From positions 1 through 64,000 of the forward strand of contig JAZDJN010000104.1 of the NCBI GenBank assembly GCA_043803945.1: DNA of 64,000 nt, written 5' to 3'. Within the stretch, counting starts at the first letter, position 1. Each line of letters begins with the position of its first letter. The notes under the pieces are model-generated. The model did not search any database and was not told the DNA's origin. It saw nothing but the letters and a program-made list of their open reading frames with translations. Source of the DNA: a bacterium. GTDB taxonomy: Bacteria > Bacteroidota > Ignavibacteria > UBA10030. A program made the position numbers and the translations under genes. Below are positions 8,736 through 18,902 of this stretch, piece by piece.

Positions 8736-9941
8736 ATGAGTCACGTGAACCGCAGGGATTTTCTTAAGACCTCCCTTCTCAGGACATCCGGTGCATTGCT
8801 TGCCACACCCCTACTAACCCATCTTGGAAATTCATCGCCGCGTACCTCGGTGAACAATCGCGGAATCATCGTTCGAAAATTGGGAAAGACCGGTATTCAG
8901 CTCCCCATCGTGAGCTTCGGTGTGATGCGTGCCGATAATCCGGCCCTGATTCCGGCAGCATTGAAAGAGGGATTCGTACATTTCGATACCGCTCATGGCT
9001 ACCAGAATGGACGGAATGAAGAGATGCTTGGACAAGTCTTTAAGCAATTCCCGCGTGATTCATTTGTTGTCAGCACAAAGGTGCCGCCAGAACAAGCAGA
9101 CCGGAGCGGGGTCATTGGACCTGCGAGCACTGCGAAAGCATTTCTTGAGAAATTGGATATTAGTCTTAAACGTTTGCAGCTCGATTATGTCGATATTCTT
9201 TACATCCATGGTTTAATGCACAAAGATGCTGTTTCAAATCCGGAGATGCTTGAGGCACTCAAGACTGCAAAAAAACTCGGGAAGGCAAAACATGTCGGTT
9301 TCTCGACACACCGGAATGAACCGGAAGTTGTTTTGGCAGCGATTGAGACCGGAGTGCATGAAGTGATACTCACCTCGATCAACTTCAAACAGGCACACTA
9401 TCCCGAGCTGAAGAAGGCAATTGCCAAAGCAGCGGAAGCAGGCATCGGTATCGTTGCCATGAAACCAATGGCCGGTGGATTTTTCGACCGTGAACGAAAG
9501 AAACCGATCAATTGTAAAGCGGCATTGAAATTTGTTTTGCAGGACGAGAATGTAACCACCTCGATCCCGGGAATAACCAATTTCGATCATCTCGCGATGA
9601 ATGCCGGTGTCAATCATGAGCTTGAGATGACAGATCAGGAGAAAAAGGATTTGACTGAAGGGCAATCGCAGGGCGGATTGTATTGCCAGGGCTGCGAGCA
9701 CTGTGTTCCAAACTGCCCAAAGGGATTGCCGATTCCCGATATGATGAGAGCCTACATGTATACCTATGGCTACAGCCGTCCCGATATGGGTCATCGTGTA
9801 CTTTCAGATCTTCAGGTATCCGCGAATCCATGTTCCGGGTGTTCACAATGCACGGCAGTCTGTGCGAAAGGATTCAATCTCTCCGATCGTATTGAGGATG
9901 TTGCCCGACTGACAACTGTGCCGTCGGAGTTTTTCTCGTAG
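8736..9941 (+). CDS. Aldo/keto reductase with twin-arginine leader and C-terminal 4Fe-4S domain
   Basis: NRRDFLK; RKLGKTG, FDTAHGY, STK, SLKRLQLDYVDILYIH; CQGCEHCVPNCP and CSGCSQCTAVC. Confidence 0.9.
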   Translation: MSHVNRRDFLKTSLLRTSGALLATPLLTHLGNSSPRTSVNNRGIIVRKLGKTGIQLPIVSFGVMRADNPALIPAALKEGFVHFDTAHGYQNGRNEEMLGQVFKQFPRDSFVVSTKVPPEQADRSGVIGPASTAKAFLEKLDISLKRLQLDYVDILYIHGLMHKDAVSNPEMLEALKTAKKLGKAKHVGFSTHRNEPEVVLAAIETGVHEVILTSINFKQAHYPELKKAIAKAAEAGIGIVAMKPMAGGFFDRERKKPINCKAALKFVLQDENVTTSIPGITNFDHLAMNAGVNHELEMTDQEKKDLTEGQSQGGLYCQGCEHCVPNCPKGLPIPDMMRAYMYTYGYSRPDMGHRVLSDLQVSANPCSGCSQCTAVCAKGFNLSDRIEDVARLTTVPSEFFS

Positions 9942-9945
9942 GTGT

Positions 9946-10821
9946 ATGTTGAAGACATTCTTGAAAACCTTTATCCTCGGTCTGTGCCTGCTCTCGTCGG
10001 GCAGCGCACAGACCGTTTCAGATAAACAGCTCTTCCCGGCTATTCCAGGCTGGAAGCTGAAAATTGAGCCACAGGTCTATGTTCCGGATAATCTCTGGGA
10101 TGCAATCGATGGCGCGGCGGACCTGTTCCTCGAATATGGATTTGTCAATCTCCATATCGCACGATATGAAAAAAGCGATTCCTACGAAATCAAGGTTGAA
10201 CTCTATAGGCATAACTCGTTGGTCAACGCTTTTGGAATGTACTCACAGGAACGCGCTCCGGAGTATCGATTCATTCAATTGGGAGCCCAGGGATATTTCG
10301 CAACAGCGGTGCTGAACTTCATGGCCGGTGAATACTATGTGAAGTTGACCTCATCGAAATCGGATAAGGCGGCTGAAAAGGATCTACTGCTTATCGGGAA
10401 TAAGATTGCAGGAGCACTGAAACAGCCGATACAGATGCCTCGCTCGCTTGCGCTGTTGCCAAAGGCAAGCCGGCATGTCAACTCCGAGCAGTTCGTTGCA
10501 AAAAGTTTCCTTGGATACAGTTTCTTCAATGGGGTATTTACAGCAAATTATGGAACAGCAAATCCCTACAAACTTTTTCTCATTGAAACAGAAAATCCTG
10601 TAAAAGCAGAGGAGCTTCTGGCGACCTATCGGAAAACGTTACCAATAAATGCAATGACGAAACAGGATGGAAACTCCTATCTGGCTGCTGATCCGCATAA
10701 TGGAACAATAGGCCTGATGCTTCAAAATAAGTTTCTTTGTGGAATCATTAACTCTGAAGATGCTTCGGTACGTCAAAAAGCAATGAAAGATTTCATGGAG
10801 TCATTAAAGAATGTGAAGTGA
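9946..10821 (+). CDS. Exported hypothetical protein (DUF6599-like)
   Basis: Signal peptide; NLWDAIDGAADLFLEYGF, NAFGMYSQER and SFLGYSF motifs; 4 nt downstream of the AKR gene. Confidence 0.65.
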   Translation: MLKTFLKTFILGLCLLSSGSAQTVSDKQLFPAIPGWKLKIEPQVYVPDNLWDAIDGAADLFLEYGFVNLHIARYEKSDSYEIKVELYRHNSLVNAFGMYSQERAPEYRFIQLGAQGYFATAVLNFMAGEYYVKLTSSKSDKAAEKDLLLIGNKIAGALKQPIQMPRSLALLPKASRHVNSEQFVAKSFLGYSFFNGVFTANYGTANPYKLFLIETENPVKAEELLATYRKTLPINAMTKQDGNSYLAADPHNGTIGLMLQNKFLCGIINSEDASVRQKAMKDFMESLKNVK

Positions 10822-10853
10822 ATGAAGAGGCATGCGGTCTGATAAGAACATTG

Positions 10854-10880
10854 AAAGCCCGGTTATTATCGGGCTTTTTT
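10854..10880 (+). terminator. Rho-independent terminator
   Basis: AAAGCCCG-gttattat-CGGGCTTT followed by further T residues, 33 nt after the stop codon. Confidence 0.8.
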
Positions 10881-11007
10881 GTGTGTTTGCCGGTAAGGAA
10901 AGAAACTTCGTGCCACTTCGTGGAACGTATTTATTACAAGAATTACACTCCAAATTGACCCTCAGTGTTCTCTGAGTGCTCAGTGGTTAAGCAAATGCAA
11001 GAAAGTG

Positions 11008-11310
11008 TTATACCTCATAGTCAACAACCCACCGATCGGTTCGCACTTTCTGAAGGAACTCTTTCACTTTGACATGCTCCGGGTGATCCTGATAGATTTG
11101 CAGGGTGTTCATTGAATCAAACTCGGAGTAGAGTGCGAGATCAAGCGCCTGGGGTGTCGAATTCACATTGATGCCGACCTCGGTTTTCAACAGTCCGGGA
11201 ATTTTCCCCTGCATTCCTTCCAGCAGCCGTTTCGCTTCCTGAAGGTTTTCTTCCTTGGTGTGGCCATCTGCTGTATCTTTAAATTTCCAAAAGACAATAT
11301 GCTTTGTCAT
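11008..11310 (-). CDS. Dabb family stress-responsive alpha/beta barrel protein
   Basis: KHIVFWKFK, KIPG, DLALYSEF, YQDHPEH, VVDY. Confidence 0.88.
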   Translation of the reverse strand: MTKHIVFWKFKDTADGHTKEENLQEAKRLLEGMQGKIPGLLKTEVGINVNSTPQALDLALYSEFDSMNTLQIYQDHPEHVKVKEFLQKVRTDRWVVDYEV

Positions 11311-11334
11311 CTTCAATCTGAAGTAGTATGTTTG

Positions 11335-13605
11335 TTATTGGGTTTTAAGTTCTGTGATATTCCAATTCGGCGGTTCAACACCAAGAAGAGTACGCACAAA
11401 GAAATCGTTCCGTCGCCGATCGCCATACTCCCCGCCGTTTGAATGCCCCATGCCAGGTACAACCAGCAATTCAAACTCTTTCTTTGCTTTGATTAAAGCG
11501 TTCACAACCTGCATGGTCGAGGAAGGATCGACATTGGTATCGAGCTCGCCGACTATCAGGAGCAGCTTGCCCTGCAAGCGATACGCGTTGTCAACGTTGG
11601 ACGCGGCTGCATAGTGCGGACCGATGGGCCAGCTCATCCATAATTCATTCCACCAGATCTTATCCATCCGGTTATCGTGGCAGCCGCATGCGGAGACGGC
11701 AGCTTTATAGAATTCCGGGTGGAAGAGCAGCGCCCCCATGGAATTCTGCCCTCCGGCTGATGTTCCGTAAATACCGACCCGCGAAATATCATACCAGGGA
11801 TATTTTTTTGCTGCTGCCTTATGCCAGAGAATGCGATCGGAGAATCCGGCATCGGCAAGATTCTTCCAGCATACATCGTGGAACGCCTTCGATCGGTTGG
11901 ATGTCCCCATACCATCGATCTGCACAACAATGAACCCCAACTCTGCCAGCGATTGCATTGCATTGTAGGAACTGAAGGATTTCGGTACATGCGAACTGTG
12001 TGGCCCGGCATAGATGTTTTCAATGACCGGATATTTTTTCGATGGATTGAAGTTCGTCGGGCGGCAGATCATTCCCCAGATATCCGTAACACCATCCCTC
12101 CCTTTCGCCGAGAAGACTTCCGGTATGCGCCATCCACTCTTCACCAAATCGCTGATGTCCGACTTCTCGAGCTCGAAGAGGATAGATCCATCGCTACTGC
12201 GGCGCAAGACCGAGACCGGCGATTGATCGACACGCGAATAGGTGTCGACAAAATACTCCATCGACTTTGAGAAAGATGCAGTATGATTTCCATTTCCCTC
12301 CGAGAGATGCCGAAGGTTTGAGCCGTCAAAATTAATCCGATAGTAATGGATCAAATAGGGATCGACACCGACATCCATGCCGCTTGCCCTGAAAATAATT
12401 TGACGCTTTTCTTCATCGACACGCTCGACTCCCCGCACAACCCATTCCCCTTTGGTAACCTGGTTCTTGACCTTTCCTGTCTTCCCATCGTAGAGATACA
12501 AGTGGTTCCACCCGTCCCGCTCCGACATCCAGATTATTTCCACTCCATCATTCACATCGTATCGATAACGCTTACCGCTGTAGTCAAAAAACGTTTTCGG
12601 TTCTTCATTAATCAAGGCCCGTGCCGCTCCGGTCTGGGCATCCACTTCCACAATCCGGTAGCTCTGATGGCCCCGCTGGTTATAGGCGAAGGTAAATGCA
12701 CGGCTATCCTTCCACCACTTCAGATCTCCATTATAATAGGGATTAGGAAATAACTCGTTACCGACGATCGTCTGCTTCCTGGCCTCAATGTTAAAAAGCA
12801 CAGGTGTATCGACCGGTAGGACATCTCCGGGTTTCGTATAGATCCGGGAAGAATATTTCGGCTGAAGCTGATCTTTGGGTGAAGACTCAACATACTGGAC
12901 GCGCCGCTCATACCCGGGCTTTGTTTTCCATACCATCAACTTCTTGGAATCAGGCGACCAATGAAATGGCGGTCCGTAGAATTCCCCTTCGCTTCCTTCA
13001 TAACTCAACTGAAACTCCTTCTTCAACGTATCTTTTGTTCGGAGAAAAACATTATAGTTCCGGATGAATGCTTCCCAGGCGTTATCGGGTGATGGTGTAA
13101 AAACCGCTTCATTTTTCGGCAAGCGGGGTTCTTCCCTCCACTCTGGTGGACGTCGGGTCGTCGACGGCCCGATCTTTTTACACTCATAGCTCTCAAGCGA
13201 ACAGCGCCATTTATTCTCCTTAAACTCAAATTCGACGGCTCCTCCCTTGTCAACAAACGTAATTGAACTGAACGGCAGTTCGAGTGCTTTGCAGCTATCA
13301 CCGCTGGCCTTCGAAAGTGAAGCGGCCAGCTTGGTATGGTCAAATGCAGGATTGGTTGTTCTCTTGTCAGCATCGACGAGCATGAACTCTTTGCCTCCCT
13401 TCACAGATCGGCTATACCAGAATTGATGGGTGCTGTCAATCCACGTCGCCCGGTCGAGTGAATGGTAGGCAAGGTTGCGCACCTGGTTTCGCAATCCATT
13501 CGCCCGCTGGTAGTCCTTCAGTGTACCCTGACTAAAGGCAGCGAATGAGAATAGCAGGGTAAAGTAAATCCAACAGGCAACAGAAACCATACGACGGTTG
13601 TTCAT
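11335..13605 (-). CDS. Secreted S9B dipeptidyl peptidase IV family protein
   Basis: [33 protein letters not shown] and GMGH triad motifs; signal peptide; AAAGGA RBS before ATG 13605. Confidence 0.88.
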   Translation of the reverse strand: MNNRRMVSVACWIYFTLLFSFAAFSQGTLKDYQRANGLRNQVRNLAYHSLDRATWIDSTHQFWYSRSVKGGKEFMLVDADKRTTNPAFDHTKLAASLSKASGDSCKALELPFSSITFVDKGGAVEFEFKENKWRCSLESYECKKIGPSTTRRPPEWREEPRLPKNEAVFTPSPDNAWEAFIRNYNVFLRTKDTLKKEFQLSYEGSEGEFYGPPFHWSPDSKKLMVWKTKPGYERRVQYVESSPKDQLQPKYSSRIYTKPGDVLPVDTPVLFNIEARKQTIVGNELFPNPYYNGDLKWWKDSRAFTFAYNQRGHQSYRIVEVDAQTGAARALINEEPKTFFDYSGKRYRYDVNDGVEIIWMSERDGWNHLYLYDGKTGKVKNQVTKGEWVVRGVERVDEEKRQIIFRASGMDVGVDPYLIHYYRINFDGSNLRHLSEGNGNHTASFSKSMEYFVDTYSRVDQSPVSVLRRSSDGSILFELEKSDISDLVKSGWRIPEVFSAKGRDGVTDIWGMICRPTNFNPSKKYPVIENIYAGPHSSHVPKSFSSYNAMQSLAELGFIVVQIDGMGTSNRSKAFHDVCWKNLADAGFSDRILWHKAAAKKYPWYDISRVGIYGTSAGGQNSMGALLFHPEFYKAAVSACGCHDNRMDKIWWNELWMSWPIGPHYAAASNVDNAYRLQGKLLLIVGELDTNVDPSSTMQVVNALIKAKKEFELLVVPGMGHSNGGEYGDRRRNDFFVRTLLGVEPPNWNITELKTQ

Positions 13606-13659
13606 TGCTTTTTCCTTTCGCAAGGCAATTGGATGAATAATATAAGGTGGAACTCAGGG

Positions 13660-16044
13660 TTATTCTTCGTCATCGAACGATCGCCGCGGCCCGCCTCCCT
13701 TATTCACTGGAGTTGCATCGATGACCCAGACACCCCGCCCATGAGTGCCGATGGCAATCATATTATCGCGGGGATGCACAACCAGATCATGAACGTAAGT
13801 CATCGGAAGGTTACCGCCGAGCACCTGCCAGGTCTTTGCATTATCGGTGGTGACATACACCCCGCAATCCGTACCAACATAGAGGATGTTCCGATTCTTT
13901 GGATCTTCACGGATCACATTCACAGGGCCCATTGGAATGCCCTTGGAGATATCGGTCCAGGCTTTTCCCAAGTTGGTTGATTTCCAGACGTATGGTGTGA
14001 AATCGTCTTCCCTTTTTCCATTCTGTGTCATGTATACTGTCCCGAGAGTGTATGACGATGCCACAATTCGCGACACCCATTTCTGATACGGCAATCCTTC
14101 CATACACTCTTCCCATTTCTTTCCGCCATCTTTTGTAACGTGGACCTTTCCATCGTCTGTGCCAACGTAGATCAATCCATATTTCAGCGGCGACTCTGAG
14201 ATGGCAGTAAGTGTATGGTACGAGATATCACCCATCTCCGATGCAGTGTTGTAGGTGAGATCGGGACTGATGCGTTCCCATGTATCACCGCGGTCGAGCG
14301 AGCGGAACAGGTACTGCATACCATGATAGATGATGTTCGTGTTGTGCGGAGAGATAATAAACGGAGCAATCCATTCGCCGCGGAGCTTCGCTTCATCGTC
14401 GAAGGTCCTGGGCAGCAAGCGTTTCGAGGTACGTTTGACAACATCCGATCGGGTAATCGTACCATAGAATCCAGCAGAATAGACGATGGCCGGATCGGCT
14501 GGATCGATCGCATGGCTGGAGCCTTCACCTCCGGGAGCGGAATCGAACCGTTGCACGGGGACAGCATTGCGCCCTCTGCTTAAATCGACAATACCCCGAT
14601 AGCTTCCATGATCCTGAACAGAGCCGTACACTCTAAACGGTGTATCCATATCGTACGCAATATTAAAAAATTGCACCACCGGTATCCGGTCGGTGTAGCT
14701 TCGCCAGTTCTTTCCTTTGTCATAGGAGACATAGATACCGCCATCATTGACATTCATCAGATAACTTGAATTCTCGGGATCGATCCACAATCCATGATGA
14801 TCGCCATGCATTCCTCGCAATGGCTTGAATGTCTTTCCGGCATCCGTGGAGACATTAAGCCCCAATCCCATTGTGTAGATAGTATTCTCATCATTTGGAT
14901 CAACACGGATCTGACCGAAGACCCAGCCGTACGTTGCCGAATGGCCTTCCATAAATCTTTTCATTTCAGGAGTCATTCCACTGGTTTGTTTCCATGAAGC
15001 ACCCGCATCATCCGAACGATAAATGGTTGCTCCCTTGATAAATCCGGCAGAAGGTGTCCCATAGTCATTTGCACGGTCTTCGTCGGTGAGTTCGCGAGCA
15101 AGTTCATAGTTATCGACGTAGGTGTATACCACTTTGGGATTCGAGCGCGCGATGTCGATGCCGATTCGCCCCCGATGCTTTGCTGACGGCAAACCGTTGT
15201 TCATTGGTTTCCAGGTTTTTCCGCCATCGGTTGACTTGTGAATACCGCTGCCGCCGTAATCGGGTGTGTTGCGCGGATCATTCCACTTCAACCTGATTCT
15301 CTGCCATGTTGTGACGTAGATAGTCTCGGAATCGTTTGGATCCATCACTAAATCGTTTGCGCCAGTTTGATCATTTATATACAGAATTTTCTGCCAGTTC
15401 TTTCCGCCATCCATTGTTTTATAGACACCCCGTTCTGCATTAGTGGTCCATTCATGACCAGAGGCAGCTACATACACGATATCAGGATTCTTCGGGTGAA
15501 TCACCATGCGTGGAATTGTATACGTATCGGCCAATCCCATATGTAGCCATGTCTTGCCGGCGTCGACCGATTTATAGACTCCAATCCCTGCCTGCGAACT
15601 CCGAAAGATATTCGCTTCACCCGTGCCGATCCAGATGCAATTTGGATCGGAAGGCGCAATGGCAACATCGCCGATAGCAGTTGAAGCGGCCTGATCGAAC
15701 ACTGGGGACCAGGTTGTTCCTTCATTATCTGTCTTCCATAATCCTCCGGATGCCGTTGCAACATAGATTGTATAATTTTTTCCCTTAGGAGCAACAACAT
15801 CAACATCGGTGCACCTGCCGCTGATATTGGTGGGCCCGACGAATTGCCATTTGACATCTTTGAAAGAGGATTGCTTTGTCATTTCCTGATGCTGCTCATA
15901 ACCTTTCAAACGCAATCCAGGTTCTGTCGATTGTACCCGAACAGGTTTCTTTGCTTGAAATGCTGTGAGAATCGAAAACGAGAGAAGTATACAGAATGCG
16001 AGAAGAAGAGTTCTCTGCAGTCTGTTGAGAGTGAGTATGCCCAT
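13660..16044 (-). CDS. BNR/Asp-box repeat (VPS10-like) beta-propeller, putative glycosyl hydrolase
   Basis: GPTNISGR, repeated SxDxGxTW Asp-boxes (KSVDAGKTW, KTMDGGKNW, RSLDRGDTW), DHH, GTHGRG; signal peptide. Confidence 0.85.
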   Translation of the reverse strand: MGILTLNRLQRTLLLAFCILLSFSILTAFQAKKPVRVQSTEPGLRLKGYEQHQEMTKQSSFKDVKWQFVGPTNISGRCTDVDVVAPKGKNYTIYVATASGGLWKTDNEGTTWSPVFDQAASTAIGDVAIAPSDPNCIWIGTGEANIFRSSQAGIGVYKSVDAGKTWLHMGLADTYTIPRMVIHPKNPDIVYVAASGHEWTTNAERGVYKTMDGGKNWQKILYINDQTGANDLVMDPNDSETIYVTTWQRIRLKWNDPRNTPDYGGSGIHKSTDGGKTWKPMNNGLPSAKHRGRIGIDIARSNPKVVYTYVDNYELARELTDEDRANDYGTPSAGFIKGATIYRSDDAGASWKQTSGMTPEMKRFMEGHSATYGWVFGQIRVDPNDENTIYTMGLGLNVSTDAGKTFKPLRGMHGDHHGLWIDPENSSYLMNVNDGGIYVSYDKGKNWRSYTDRIPVVQFFNIAYDMDTPFRVYGSVQDHGSYRGIVDLSRGRNAVPVQRFDSAPGGEGSSHAIDPADPAIVYSAGFYGTITRSDVVKRTSKRLLPRTFDDEAKLRGEWIAPFIISPHNTNIIYHGMQYLFRSLDRGDTWERISPDLTYNTASEMGDISYHTLTAISESPLKYGLIYVGTDDGKVHVTKDGGKKWEECMEGLPYQKWVSRIVASSYTLGTVYMTQNGKREDDFTPYVWKSTNLGKAWTDISKGIPMGPVNVIREDPKNRNILYVGTDCGVYVTTDNAKTWQVLGGNLPMTYVHDLVVHPRDNMIAIGTHGRGVWVIDATPVNKGGGPRRSFDDEE

Positions 16045-16175
16045 TGCCGCCTCCTGCGTTATAAATGGACTATGATGGGATTCAGGGAGTTGCCGTTACT
16101 GTATTCATTCCATTTGCTGGAGATGAATGTAGGAGAATGTATCAAGTGTTGCAACGGCGAAGTTGGAGAAAGAGA

Positions 16176-16352
16176 AACCGCCCCCGAACTAAAAACGTTC
16201 GGGGCGGGCAAGTCGCCAAGAAACCAAGGATAACATTGACACACCTTGTTTAGAACAATCTTTTATCGTTAAAGCATGAAGTTCTTGGCGATCTTGGCGT
16301 TTTGCCTGCCTGTGTGCCTGCCTGCGCTGCCGCTTCGGCAGACAGGGCGGTT
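16176..16352. repeat. Inverted-repeat cassette with hairpin inserts in both arms and an AT-rich empty core
   Basis: Left arm AACCGC[hairpin]CAAGTCGCCAAGAAAACCAAGG; right arm TTCTTGGCGATCTTGGCGTTTTG[CCTGCC...GACAGG]GCGGTT. Confidence 0.65.
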
Positions 16353-16365
16353 AGGGCTATAATGG

Positions 16366-18711
16366 CTACTCATTCTCTGTACTTTTCCGCAAGGCACGGC
16401 AGGTCTCATAAAATTCAGGCAGAGTCATACTCTTCAGATATACAAGGCCTCGTGTTCCACGGATGAGGGGGCTTGGATGCTCATTAAAGAATTCGCGGCC
16501 AAGGCAGGTTTTCAGCATCACATACTGTTCAACCTGAATCTTTTGCGCCAATTCTGAGAAGGGTCCGTCGTGTTCATAGCTCGGAAAGGAGGCCGACTTT
16601 TGTGATGAGAATGCATTAAGGAACGAATCGCGCATGGTGGCAAACATATTCAGCGAAACAGGAATGTAGACATTCGCCTCTGCAGGATGATATCTAAACC
16701 AGACATTTCGATAACCCAGCACCTGGATATCCGAACGCCCCGATTCTTTCTCCCAGGCTTTCAGCGCTTCTGCCATCACCTGCAATACCTTGTAATGGGT
16801 ATCCGGCCCGCTCGCTTCGGGGTCCAGAGCAACAGTTACGATATCGGGATTAATTTTGCGCAGGATAGCAAGCATCGGTTTCACATCTCGGTCATGCGTA
16901 GGATCCTCTGTAAAGATTTCTCCTTTATAGAATCCGAGGCGGGCATGAAGTACTGACGAATTTTCAAATCCCAGATATCCCCAGAGACAATCGACTTCCC
17001 ATTCCCTCATCATCCCTTTGAGACGTTGGATGTGGGGAAGATCCTTCTTGCCAGGGTACTGTGTCTGGAAATAGTTGATGAGTTCATCGAGCCGGTTTTT
17101 TAAATTATCAAGATCATCATCTTCGAAGATAAAGATTAGGTTACGGAGGAGCCGGCGGGCTGTACCTTCGTCCTTCATGGCTTCCCAGTTGGCGGCAACG
17201 CCATCGAGATACTGCCATGCATCACGGTTTCGGGCAAGGGCGTCATTCGGATTGAAATAATTTTGATCAACCAGTTTATCGAACGCACCCTGGTGAAGAA
17301 AGTTCCTCAAGTTCTGCAGCAATTGCAGCATAAAGGCATTCGTTACGGCGGTAAATCCGCTTGTGAGAGTGACGAAGAAATGTTTGTTGGCCGGTGTGCG
17401 GGAATTCCTGACAACGTAGGGGAGATATCCCAGCATGATATCGTCGTGATGAGGTTCGGTATGGAGAAATACCTTATTGGTCTGGGCAACCATTCCGCGT
17501 TCAAGCTTGGCGATGAGCGATTGCTCCACCTTTTGTATGATCAGCTTGTGTTCCATACCAACATGCTTCATCACTTCTGCTCCAAGCCGATCACCCTGCA
17601 AATCTTCACTGGTAAGTGACCGGACATACTTACGCTTCTTGTGCGCGACATCGATCACAACTTTCTCAATCTGTTCATCAGTCAGAATTTCCCTCCGGGT
17701 GAATAAATCGAATTGACGCTCGACCAGATGTTTGGCCGCTCCGGAAGTGAGATAGAAACGGGCGTTTTTCAGATCGTGCAAAGCGGATGCGGGATAACGA
17801 ATATGTTTCTCCGATTGAATGGCATCGGCAACAATTTTGGCTTTGGCTTCTCCCGCGGCAATAATCAGGGCTGTGCAATTCGGATTGAATGTGATTGTCT
17901 GCAATCCGATTGTGATGACGAGCCGCTTCCGGGAAACTTCGATACCGCCCAGGTCTCCTGCTGCGACTGCCTGCGTCTCGTAGTTGGTCGGTGTCAGGCG
18001 TGTCGTTGAATGAAAATCCGATCCCATCACATTAAAGCCGATATGGCCATCAGGCCCGATTCCTCCAAGGAAAAATCCCAGCCCGCCCAGCGAGCGGATT
18101 TTTCGCTCATAGTCCGTACACCACTGGTCGACTGCCTCCAGTACCTGTCTCTGCAACCGTTCGGCATTATTCTTCTCCCGCCGATATCGTAAGCTGAGAT
18201 CGACCGTCTGGTCGGGCCATACTTGTTCCAGATGGACATTTTTCGTCAAACCGATTTTTGAGCAGTCAATCAGGAGTGCCCGTGATGGATCAAATCCAAA
18301 CGCTTTCAAATAGTACTTGTTGATGTAGTAGTAGAAGCTGTTCTGCTGATGCGGATCGATCGGGTAAAACTCATCAATTTGAACAAAATAGAGTTTTTTC
18401 AGGGATGGCTTGATTGCAGTGTCGAGGCCATTATCCTTTAAATCTTTCTGAGTTTCAGCCTTATCCCACGATTGGAGGTAATGAGAGACATATTTGATGA
18501 AATATTCGGGCGTTTTACCGGTAGGAAGCGATACGACCCCCTCGGGATTTTGCTGCACCCACTCAAGGAATCGGAGCGCGGTCAACTTCCCCAGCGTCGG
18601 GAAACTATCGACAATAATGGTTCCAATCTTCTCGACGGGTGCATATTGTAATTTTTGACCCGATCGCTCTACAGCACACTGTTCTACTTTGGAGAAAATC
18701 TTCTCTTTCAT
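16366..18711 (-). CDS. nagB: Long glucosamine-6-phosphate deaminase with C-terminal PIG-L/LmbE-like deacetylase domain
   Basis: SLPTGKTP, QIDEFYP, GGIGPDGHIGFN, ITIGL, PASAL (NagB); HTEPHHDD and GPDTHYKV (PIG-L-like). Confidence 0.85.
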   Translation of the reverse strand: MKEKIFSKVEQCAVERSGQKLQYAPVEKIGTIIVDSFPTLGKLTALRFLEWVQQNPEGVVSLPTGKTPEYFIKYVSHYLQSWDKAETQKDLKDNGLDTAIKPSLKKLYFVQIDEFYPIDPHQQNSFYYYINKYYLKAFGFDPSRALLIDCSKIGLTKNVHLEQVWPDQTVDLSLRYRREKNNAERLQRQVLEAVDQWCTDYERKIRSLGGLGFFLGGIGPDGHIGFNVMGSDFHSTTRLTPTNYETQAVAAGDLGGIEVSRKRLVITIGLQTITFNPNCTALIIAAGEAKAKIVADAIQSEKHIRYPASALHDLKNARFYLTSGAAKHLVERQFDLFTRREILTDEQIEKVVIDVAHKKRKYVRSLTSEDLQGDRLGAEVMKHVGMEHKLIIQKVEQSLIAKLERGMVAQTNKVFLHTEPHHDDIMLGYLPYVVRNSRTPANKHFFVTLTSGFTAVTNAFMLQLLQNLRNFLHQGAFDKLVDQNYFNPNDALARNRDAWQYLDGVAANWEAMKDEGTARRLLRNLIFIFEDDDLDNLKNRLDELINYFQTQYPGKKDLPHIQRLKGMMREWEVDCLWGYLGFENSSVLHARLGFYKGEIFTEDPTHDRDVKPMLAILRKINPDIVTVALDPEASGPDTHYKVLQVMAEALKAWEKESGRSDIQVLGYRNVWFRYHPAEANVYIPVSLNMFATMRDSFLNAFSSQKSASFPSYEHDGPFSELAQKIQVEQYVMLKTCLGREFFNEHPSPLIRGTRGLVYLKSMTLPEFYETCRALRKSTENE

Positions 18712-18902
18712 ACTATCCTCTTTTCAAATAAATCACTTCAGTTCTCTTCTGTCATTATGGTACCAAAAAAATGATACTTGCACAAATTACGATATTCTAA
18801 TATTCTTAAGGCGAAACACGGATTATTGGATAAATGACCAGGATTGATATCCGATACATTTAGATTTCAACAGAATTCGCGCGATAAGAAGGAGCTTGCA
18901 TC

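Noticed and set aside
16176-16352. Repeated CGCCAAG and CCTGCC units as a possible CRISPR array or tRNA
   Set aside because: No regular repeat-spacer period, no cas genes, and no cloverleaf or T-loop motif.
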